Shown: piece by piece, positions 17,447 through 24,239 of the stretch
Layout of the letters: each line of letters opens with the position of its first letter
Numbering within the stretch: position 1 is the stretch's first letter
From: an archaeon
GTDB taxonomy: Archaea > Iainarchaeota > Iainarchaeia > Iainarchaeales > CSSED10-239
Direction of reading: 5' to 3'
Assembly: GCA_035387745.1 (NCBI GenBank)
Contig: DAOOON010000005.1
Coordinates: 14,414-38,686, forward strand
Length of the DNA: 24,273 nt
Program-made: the position numbers and the translations under genes
The notes under the pieces: generated by a model
What the model was told of the DNA's origin: nothing
Seen by the model: only the letters and a program-made list of their open reading frames with translations
Database searches by the model: none

Positions 17447-17669
17447 TTTCTGTGAAAGAGACCAAATGATTAGTGAAGACATTTATGGATTCAAAAAAAC
17501 CAGCATAGACAAATGGTATTCTTTAGTTAATTTAGATAGAACTGAAGATAAAAATAAAGCCAAATTCTATAAGATGGTCAATAAAGAAGTAAAAGAACTT
17601 ATACAAGATATACAAGAGCAGATAGCAGAAGAAAAAGAAAACGAGGATGAAAAAAATGCAAGACTTTAA
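17367..17669 (+). CDS. Hypothetical 4-Cys protein overlapping the previous gene out of frame
   Basis: The tracked start is GTG. The ATG at 17379 sits 8-10 nt after AAGGTGA and is the likelier start. Contains CNQCPTRANCIYFKKNNFCERD, the same CNxCxxRxxCxxFx5CxxD spacing as 17012..17446. Confidence 0.5.
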   Translation: MKKNMHELKYCNQCPTRANCIYFKKNNFCERDQMISEDIYGFKKTSIDKWYSLVNLDRTEDKNKAKFYKMVNKEVKELIQDIQEQIAEEKENEDEKNARL

Positions 17670-18006
17670 AAAATTAAAAATTTGGCAGTTAGGAAGAGAG
17701 TTTACTAAAGATATTTATGATATTACAGAACACTTCCCAAAACACGAGTTTCATTCAATGACCAACCAGCTCAGAAGAGCATCTTACTCAATACCTTCGA
17801 ACATTGCTGAAGGTTGTGGGAAAAGTAGTCAAAAAGAATTTGGAAGATATCTTTCTATTGTTAGTGGGTCGATAAAAGAATGTGAATGCTTTCTTATTCT
17901 TTCAAAAGACTTAGAATATATAACTAACAAAGAATTTAATGAATTAAATGGAAAATTAGAAATAATTGGAAAGATGTGTAATAAACTATTAATAAAAATA
18001 AATTAA
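17647..18006 (+). CDS. Four-helix-bundle protein (23S rRNA intervening-sequence protein / Avd-like family)
   Basis: KIWQLGREFTKDIYDIT..FPKHEFHSMTNQLRRASYSIPSNIAEGCGKSSQKEFGRYLSIVSGSIKECECFL is the characteristic signature of this family. The start may be the ATG at 17656 (GAGGA SD 9 nt upstream). Confidence 0.8.
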   Translation: MKKMQDFKKLKIWQLGREFTKDIYDITEHFPKHEFHSMTNQLRRASYSIPSNIAEGCGKSSQKEFGRYLSIVSGSIKECECFLILSKDLEYITNKEFNELNGKLEIIGKMCNKLLIKIN

Positions 18007-18359
18007 CTATTTACATATTGTTTTATATAAGTATAATCTGATTTTATTTTGCCAAATTCTTTATCTGCATTTTTCCAATCTGGTGGGCAATATCGGTATG
18101 ATTCGCTTATTGTTCTTAAATGTCTATATGCTTTATAGATTTGATTAGCATTTTTACAAATAAATTCTTCTCTTTCTGGATGAGTTCCTGGCTTTTGTAA
18201 ATTAGGAAATTTATTAAGCACAAAAAAATTTACCCAATGGACTGCAGAATAAAACAAAATTATTGATGACCAAGCCTTACAATTAGATTCGGAATCTTTA
18301 GCAATTTGTTCATTGTGTTTTGCAAGGTCTGAAAAATCATATTTATTCAATATTATCAC
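18003..18359 (-). CDS. Small helical protein, HEPN-like (tentative); third gene of a 3-gene cassette
   Basis: 118 aa. The GTG start overlaps the upstream stop (TAGTG). The layout ...ILFYSAVHWVNFFV...KPGTHPEREEF...ISESYRYCPPD resembles classical HEPN domains (TH loop and Y..RYP C-terminal motif). A clean Rx4-6H motif is not present. Confidence 0.4.
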   Translation of the reverse strand: MIILNKYDFSDLAKHNEQIAKDSESNCKAWSSIILFYSAVHWVNFFVLNKFPNLQKPGTHPEREEFICKNANQIYKAYRHLRTISESYRYCPPDWKNADKEFGKIKSDYTYIKQYVNS

Positions 18360-18730
18360 TATTTAATTAGTGCTTTCGCATTTTCTGAAATTTGGTGTAT
18401 AAAATAAGAGTTATCCGAAAAAACATTAAATTCAAATTTTATTTTTTCGTCTTTAAATCTTTCCCTTAATTCTAATTCTAAGTCATAAATCTTATCTCTA
18501 CTATCATAATCGTTTGGGTCAATTAATGTCCAAAATCTAATTACATTTCTATCATTCATAACATACAATTTTTTTACAAATGGTAATGAACTAACTAAAT
18601 GAAAATAAAATTTAATTGCATATACCTTTGTAATAATAGTAATTGGATTATATAATTGTTTATTTATCCCAATATAACACTCATCTATTAATCCCAAAGT
18701 ATTTGTGTTTGCTTGTTTATTAATATACAT
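18359..18730 (-). CDS. Small alpha/beta protein, possibly a degenerate minimal-nucleotidyltransferase-like partner; second gene of the cassette
   Basis: 123 aa. KKLYVMNDRNVIRFWTLIDPNDYDSRDKIYDLELELRERF..IKFEFNVF has the strand-helix-strand pattern of MNT-type antitoxins. It lacks the GS...DxD catalytic signature. Confidence 0.35.
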   Translation of the reverse strand: MYINKQANTNTLGLIDECYIGINKQLYNPITIITKVYAIKFYFHLVSSLPFVKKLYVMNDRNVIRFWTLIDPNDYDSRDKIYDLELELRERFKDEKIKFEFNVFSDNSYFIHQISENAKALIK

Positions 18731-18737
18731 ATAATCC

Positions 18738-19103
18738 CTATTTTGTTTGTGCTTTCAAATCTAATGTTTTTATTTGTTCAGATATTTTTACTAAATTCTC
18801 TGATGCTAATTTAAGTTTATCTGCATAATCTTTTTTCTCAGATAATGACAAATTAAGTAAGTTCTTATCAATAGTAGCCATCTTTAAATTGAAAATTAAA
18901 TCTTTATATATCTCTGAAAGTTCTGGAGAATCGTTTTTTATTAGTGAAATTAATAATTCTTCATCATTTAATACTTCGCTCATTTTCTTAAGCTTTTCAG
19001 AATCATTAGATTCTAATATATAAACTTCATTAATAAAGCTACTAATTATTTTTAATAATTTAGAATATGCAGTAATAAAATCAATAAGTATTTCTTTGTC
19101 CAT
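18738..19103 (-). CDS. Small all-helical hypothetical protein; first gene of the cassette
   Basis: 121 aa with an ATG start, preceded by a TATA-rich 160-bp gap. Its stop lies 7 nt before the next gene's start. Confidence 0.45.
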   Translation of the reverse strand: MDKEILIDFITAYSKLLKIISSFINEVYILESNDSEKLKKMSEVLNDEELLISLIKNDSPELSEIYKDLIFNLKMATIDKNLLNLSLSEKKDYADKLKLASENLVKISEQIKTLDLKAQTK

Positions 19104-19264
19104 ATGTAATCTATATAGTTATTAAATAAGTTAATAAATATAACTATTTTTAAAGGCAATTTACCCCTACTATATATATAGTATATATAGAAAAATATAT
19201 AAATAGAAAATTAACACATTATAATTTACTTTCATAACTCTGAGTTATAATACCCATTATATAA

Positions 19265-21733
19265 TCAATATCTAAATAATTTATTTGCACTTTCAACTAA
19301 ATCAATTTTTCTTCTATCCAATTCCAATATTTCATTTATCTTTTTAGTATTTTCATCAATAATCCTTTGGTCAAATAATGGGATTTCTATGTCTTTTAAA
19401 CGCTCTAAGTTTAAATGAGGAATTGTTGATGCTATTACTGTTCTTCTTAAAGATTGATATAGTCCAATTTCTTTAGTAATTAACACCGAAAAGATATATT
19501 CTGGAGTTATTGTAAGTTTGTATTTTTCTTTAATATAAGATATACAACTTTTCTTTAATCTACATTTTAAAATTCCTGAAGAAATTAAGAAATTAGTATT
19601 TGTAGAAGCAATTGCAAACATCCCTATTTTCCCATCTTTAGTAAACAATATATCTTTTTCCTTTATTTCGAAATTTATTTGATTAAATAAATCTTTAGAA
19701 AGATATAAATCAGCAGTTCTATTAATTGTATAATTTACTAAATCTGAGGTTCTAATAAATGGAATATCTGTTTCTTTTTTAAAGATATATTCAATATAAT
19801 TATCACTGCCAATTTCGATACCTTTTTTAAAATCAAATAGTTCTCCAAGAGTAATTGTTGGAATCCCCTTAGATTTCAAATTTTGAATTGGATATATATA
19901 TCTTGGGAATAAATATTTAGGAATCCATAAATCATAATCTTTTATTTGAGAGAATGTAATATTAAAGTAGCTATCTTTTGATTTATATTTTTTAGGTTCT
20001 TTTTTCCAAAGTTTATATTCCTCTGATACATTCTTTATGTCGTCGATTTCATTTTCTTTGCCTCTTCTATCGTGCCCACAATTTTCTATAACTGACATAA
20101 ATATGGGGTAATCTTTTGGAATTTTATTTAATGGTTGCTTCTCTAATATTAAAATTGTTGTTTTGGTAGAGGTATTTGGCATAAATGTTTCCAATGGAAC
20201 ATCAATTATAGCATTTATTTTTGTGTGTTCACAAATATATTGCCTCACATAACCTAAGCTTTCATTACCGAATATTCCATCAGGTAATACAATCGCCATT
20301 TGTCCTCCATCCTTAAGTAATTGCAAACATCTCTCCACAAAAAGTATTTGAGGTGCTTCTTTATCTTTTAATTTACCGATTTCCCACTTATTATTTAATT
20401 TCCATTTGTGACCTAATGCATATTGTTTTAATTTATCTTCTCCACGAACAGGAATCTTACTTCCAAATGGTGGATTAGTTAAAAGAATACTAAAATCCCC
20501 CAAATGAACTTTTGTTTTTGTGGTGGTATTCCAATGATTTGGATTTTCTAAACTATCTTCACAGAATATTCCACTTTTACCATCTCCAATTATTGCCATA
20601 TATGCTTTTGCAACTTTCGATAAAAAATAGTCCTTATCTATTCCTCTTATTCTATTAAGTGCAACTTCCATTTTTTCTTCTTGAAGATTATTTTTATTCC
20701 AATGATACTTTTCTCCTTCAGCATCTAATTTCTTCCAAACGTGTCTTAAAGATTCTATCAAAAAGCCACCACTTCCACAAGCGGGGTCTATGATTAAATC
20801 TTCATCATTCGGGTCTAAGATATCTACCATCATTTTTACTACATTACGTGGAGTGAAGAATTGACCTTGCCCTCCTTTTAATGCGTGCCCAATAAATGTT
20901 TCAAAAGCATCTGCAATTATATCTCTCTCTGCTTCAATAAGACAATAATTCTGTAACTCTCCTACTACATAAGCAACAGAATTAGAATCTAATGTTATTG
21001 TATCGTTATCATCCAATACTTCTTTATATTTTCTTTTTACCTTATTAAATAAATCTAAAATTCTTTTTTTAACGGTTTCTGTATCTTCATCCACTCCTGC
21101 TCTAAATGTGACAATTTCATTAGGTTCTGTAAATCTTTCATCATAAATTTTACAGAAAATCAAATTAATAAGTTGCTGAGCCAATACTTCATCTCTTGTT
21201 GCTCCAATGGTATTAGCAAATAAATGATTTCTTATTGCTTTAAATGTTGCTTTTAAGTTGTGAGTGGGCTTTAAATCTTTACGTTTAAATCTACCTATAT
21301 CTTCAATTCTTTGTCCATATCGAGGAATATTGGGTATTTCTTCAAATTCAATTTTACCTGATTTTTCAATTTTTCTTAAAAATAATCTTTCGTCTCCATT
21401 AAACCAAACTCCAAGATATGCTTTAGAGAATCTTAAATAATCTTGAAGCTGAGTTTTCCCATCTTTTCTATTTTTTTTCTTACACTCTACAATAATATAA
21501 ATTTCATCTTCTTGTTTTTTACTATTTGGGAAAATTGCAATATCTATGGGATATTCTTTTTTTGTATCTGATGGTCTAATTTTCACTCTAAATTGTGGTC
21601 TGGTTTGGATATTTACTTTGGGATACCCATAATCTTCAACCAATTGTTTAGAAAATGTTTGTACCGCATCTATTTCTTCTGGTGTTGCTTTAACTTTTAT
21701 CCCTGAAATATAATCCTCTATATATTCTGCCAT
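19265..21733 (-). CDS. Fused restriction-modification enzyme: PD-(D/E)xK nuclease-like N-domain + gamma-class N6-adenine DNA methyltransferase + single HsdS-like target-recognition domain (Type IIG/IIB-like)
   Basis: N-terminal PIDIAIF...IYIIVECKKK (D...ExK, HsdR-N-like). FFTPRNVVKMMVDIL, IIDPACGSGGFL (motif I) and LTNPPFG (motif IV). C-terminal ~240 aa with TLGELFDFKKGIEIGS, typical of specificity-subunit TRDs. Confidence 0.8.
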   Translation of the reverse strand: MAEYIEDYISGIKVKATPEEIDAVQTFSKQLVEDYGYPKVNIQTRPQFRVKIRPSDTKKEYPIDIAIFPNSKKQEDEIYIIVECKKKNRKDGKTQLQDYLRFSKAYLGVWFNGDERLFLRKIEKSGKIEFEEIPNIPRYGQRIEDIGRFKRKDLKPTHNLKATFKAIRNHLFANTIGATRDEVLAQQLINLIFCKIYDERFTEPNEIVTFRAGVDEDTETVKKRILDLFNKVKRKYKEVLDDNDTITLDSNSVAYVVGELQNYCLIEAERDIIADAFETFIGHALKGGQGQFFTPRNVVKMMVDILDPNDEDLIIDPACGSGGFLIESLRHVWKKLDAEGEKYHWNKNNLQEEKMEVALNRIRGIDKDYFLSKVAKAYMAIIGDGKSGIFCEDSLENPNHWNTTTKTKVHLGDFSILLTNPPFGSKIPVRGEDKLKQYALGHKWKLNNKWEIGKLKDKEAPQILFVERCLQLLKDGGQMAIVLPDGIFGNESLGYVRQYICEHTKINAIIDVPLETFMPNTSTKTTILILEKQPLNKIPKDYPIFMSVIENCGHDRRGKENEIDDIKNVSEEYKLWKKEPKKYKSKDSYFNITFSQIKDYDLWIPKYLFPRYIYPIQNLKSKGIPTITLGELFDFKKGIEIGSDNYIEYIFKKETDIPFIRTSDLVNYTINRTADLYLSKDLFNQINFEIKEKDILFTKDGKIGMFAIASTNTNFLISSGILKCRLKKSCISYIKEKYKLTITPEYIFSVLITKEIGLYQSLRRTVIASTIPHLNLERLKDIEIPLFDQRIIDENTKKINEILELDRRKIDLVESANKLFRY

Positions 21734-21788
21734 TCATTCATCCCCATATTAAAATTATACTATATTATAGAACAAAAGAGAATAAAAA

Positions 21789-21806
21789 GGTAACCATTTG
21801 GTAACC
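21789..21806. promoter_or_regulatory. Candidate operator: GGTAACC x2 at 11-bp spacing in the divergent RM / wHTH intergenic region
   Basis: GGTAACC at 21789..21795 and 21800..21806. The 20-mer AGGTAACCATTTGGTAACCT is also a near-palindrome (8 of 10 half-site positions match). Confidence 0.4.
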
Positions 21807-21859
21807 TAATTTGAACTTGATTTCTTAAAATAAAACAATCTTATTCTATAGGTATTGCT

Positions 21860-22135
21860 ATGAAAAAAGACATTGCAGAATTAGTATCTTTTATTGTAAG
21901 AGGGTCTAATAGAATAATTATACTTAATTGTTTAGCTTTAGAAGAACTAACGCCTTCTCAAATAAAAAAGAAAACAAACCTATATCTTAGTCATATCTCA
22001 AGAGTTATACAAGAGCTTTTGGATAGAAAACTAATTATTTGTATTAATCCAGATTCTCCGATGGTTAAATTTTATGCTATAACTAAAAAAGGTAAAACTA
22101 TTATAGAATTAGTGAGGAAATATAAAAAAGAGTAG
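21860..22135 (+). CDS. Winged helix-turn-helix transcriptional regulator (ArsR/MarR-like small archaeal-type wHTH)
   Basis: 91 aa. LTPSQIKKKTNLYLSHISRVIQELLDRKLI (HTH) followed by KFYAITKKGK (wing). Divergent from the RM gene. Confidence 0.7.
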   Translation: MKKDIAELVSFIVRGSNRIIILNCLALEELTPSQIKKKTNLYLSHISRVIQELLDRKLIICINPDSPMVKFYAITKKGKTIIELVRKYKKE

Positions 22136-22139
22136 GATA

Positions 22140-23156
22140 TTACTTAGAAGTAGTATGCATTTTTAGTTTTTGTATCTCTAATAAATATTCTATTGTAGAT
22201 TCCACATATGAAAAATATAATTTTAACACATTATAATCTATGTCTTCTTCTTGTTTATGGTCTTTATCCTTTAGTTTCTTGTATATTCTGGTATATACTA
22301 AATATTCAATTGTGCTTTCTATCTCTTGAGAAATTATCATTTTCTTTTGAATCTTCCTCATATTATCTTCAGGTTTATGTAATCCACAAGACTCATCTGT
22401 TGTTTTCTTGGAAAACTCTTCAAAAAAATGTTCTATTACTCCAATTAATTTGTGTATGGTCTTTTCTTTATCCCCCATTTCTAAATATCTATAGCCTTCT
22501 ATTAAAAGTTCAGACACTTTTTCATATCCATATTCTGATAATTTATTAGAAATTGGAACATTAATATAATATTCTAATGATTTTGGTTCGGAAATAACTG
22601 TAGTTGAAATTATAGTTGATAATTCATTTAAAAATTTAATATTCTCAAATAATATTTTAGAATACTCGAAATTAGATATATCTGATTTACGATTTAATTG
22701 AGTAATTTGAAAATAAATTACTGGCATTGATATGACTTCTATTATTATCCTGGATTCTTTACTATCCCACTTAAAAAGTAAATCAATATTATATGGCAAT
22801 TCAGCTCTTATACCTTTTAACCAATTATAATATAGTTTTTGTTCATCAGATATGGTTTTTACTTTTAATAAAGATTTAAGTTTATATTTCAAATCTGGAG
22901 TATATACTCTTTTCATACTATAATGTATAACTGTAGAGAATAACTTGGGATTAGAATGGATTTTGCTATAACTATGTTCTAAAACATCTACCATAGTAAT
23001 ATCATCAGTAAGATAACCCACTTTTTCCATATAATTCTTTAATTCTAATTGAATTCCATTATATAATTCTGCAAATTTTTGGTCAGAAGTATCTTTACAA
23101 GGATATCCAAAGATTCCTTTAACTATAAGGTTATTTACATTTACCATATTTATCAC
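22140..23156 (-). CDS. Hypothetical protein (element orphan, 338 aa)
   Basis: Long ORF with no recognised catalytic motif. Mixed N-terminal domain and helical C-terminal third. The tracked start is GTG, with an alternative ATG at 23147. Confidence 0.6.
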   Translation of the reverse strand: MINMVNVNNLIVKGIFGYPCKDTSDQKFAELYNGIQLELKNYMEKVGYLTDDITMVDVLEHSYSKIHSNPKLFSTVIHYSMKRVYTPDLKYKLKSLLKVKTISDEQKLYYNWLKGIRAELPYNIDLLFKWDSKESRIIIEVISMPVIYFQITQLNRKSDISNFEYSKILFENIKFLNELSTIISTTVISEPKSLEYYINVPISNKLSEYGYEKVSELLIEGYRYLEMGDKEKTIHKLIGVIEHFFEEFSKKTTDESCGLHKPEDNMRKIQKKMIISQEIESTIEYLVYTRIYKKLKDKDHKQEEDIDYNVLKLYFSYVESTIEYLLEIQKLKMHTTSK

Positions 23157-23211
23157 TAAATATATATTAATATCGTAAATTTATTAAATAGATTATTAAA
23201 GACAAACTAAA

Positions 23212-24201
23212 TCATACAATCCCTCCAAGATTTAATATAGCACTATCTAAATCTCTTCCACTTAAGTGAACATATCTACTTGCCATATCACTGGCTTGTG
23301 TCCATCCAAAGAATTGTTTTAATTGTGCTTCTGTTAAATGGTTTGCAAGGTATGTTGCTCTGCTGTGCCTGAAAAGATGAGGATTTGATTTTTTTTCTAT
23401 ATTGCTTTTCTTGAAAGTTTCATTAAGTGTCTTTCTTACTACAGAATAACTTGGTATTTCTTTTGGTCCTCTGCCTTGTTGATTTCTCCTTATCATCTTA
23501 CACCATACATTGCTTTCACTGTCTTCACCAAATGGATGTTCTTTTATCCATTCTTTAAGATAGGGAACTGATTTGATTATTGGAATTCTTCTTTGTCCCG
23601 TTTTTCCATTAACTAAAATAGAGGATATCTTTTCTCCAAAGGTTATGTGCTTAATTTTAAGTGTAAGCATCTCTCCAATTCTTGCTCCTGACTCATACAA
23701 TAAGTAAATAAATGCTTTGTCTCTTGTAAACTTTGCAGTAGCAACTAATTTCAAAACTTCTTCTTCGGTCAATAACTCTTCAGGTAAAATATTACTTTTA
23801 GAATCCTTAACTTTAATCCAAGAAACAATCTTTGGAGCAGTTTCATCATCTCCAAGTAGCCACTTATAGAATCTCTTTAGAATTATCTTATAGTCTGATT
23901 TAGTCCAAAAAGCATAGTCTCTTTGCTCAATAGTAAACATCAAATATTCAATATCTTGCTTTGTGGCTATAGCAAAAGGTATTTGTATTACATTAGACAT
24001 ATCTCTAAGCATATAGATAGACTTAGATAGTCTAATTGACTTAATTCCTTGAGCTTTCATAGATATAACATAGTCAAGTATTGCATTTCTGTTCTCTTCA
24101 ACAACCTCTAAATTGTTTTGTAGAGTAAAAATAGCTCTGCTTAGTCTGTGTTCAGTCCTGTATATGTCGTCGGGACCACTTACATTACAAACTTCTAACA
24201 A
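23212..24201 (-). CDS. int: Tyrosine recombinase/integrase, catalytic (Int(C)) portion; ORF stays open upstream to 24255 through the att repeat
   Basis: ESGARIGEM (Arg I), HLFRHSRATYLA (HxxR) and MASRYVHLS (catalytic Tyr), with a SAM-like core-binding N-domain. The tracked start is a TTG with no SD, and the next in-frame Met is 47 codons in. The frame continues upstream as PVDPQSESGRRECTRKSS. Confidence 0.85.
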   Translation of the reverse strand: MLEVCNVSGPDDIYRTEHRLSRAIFTLQNNLEVVEENRNAILDYVISMKAQGIKSIRLSKSIYMLRDMSNVIQIPFAIATKQDIEYLMFTIEQRDYAFWTKSDYKIILKRFYKWLLGDDETAPKIVSWIKVKDSKSNILPEELLTEEEVLKLVATAKFTRDKAFIYLLYESGARIGEMLTLKIKHITFGEKISSILVNGKTGQRRIPIIKSVPYLKEWIKEHPFGEDSESNVWCKMIRRNQQGRGPKEIPSYSVVRKTLNETFKKSNIEKKSNPHLFRHSRATYLANHLTEAQLKQFFGWTQASDMASRYVHLSGRDLDSAILNLGGIV

Positions 24202-24218
24202 AGAACTCTTTCGAGTGC

Positions 24219-24239
24219 ATTCCCTCCTCCCAGATTCGG
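24219..24239. repeat. Right attachment-site copy (21-bp direct repeat)
   Basis: ATTCCCTCCTCCCAGATTCGG is identical to 13387..13407. It lies 18 nt upstream of the tracked integrase start. Confidence 0.85.

Larger units (their letters stand above)
13387..24239. mobile_element. Integrated plasmid/provirus-like element (~10.85 kb) with partitioned tyrosine integrase
   Basis: Bounded by perfect 21-bp direct repeats, with integrase fragments at both ends. The interior carries a replication-type ATPase, an RM enzyme, TA-like genes and orphans. No capsid or packaging gene recognised. Housekeeping genes lie outside on the left. Confidence 0.8.

Noticed and set aside
17647-18006. Diversity-generating retroelement, suggested by the Avd-like four-helix-bundle protein
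   Set aside because: No reverse transcriptase ORF and no template or variable repeat pair are visible anywhere in the window.
19170-19190. CTATATATATAG palindrome and the adjacent TATATATAG upstream of the three-gene cassette
   Set aside because: Simple TA low-complexity. It plausibly contributes a TATA-type promoter but is not specific enough to call as a site.
19234-19248. ATAACTC-T-GAGTTAT palindrome just after the RM gene stop
   Set aside because: The stem is only 6-7 bp and AT-rich, with an impossibly small loop and no T-run. Likely chance in this composition.
22208-22549. Plus-strand ORF 22208..22549
   Set aside because: Antisense shadow within the 338-aa ORF, with no initiation signals.
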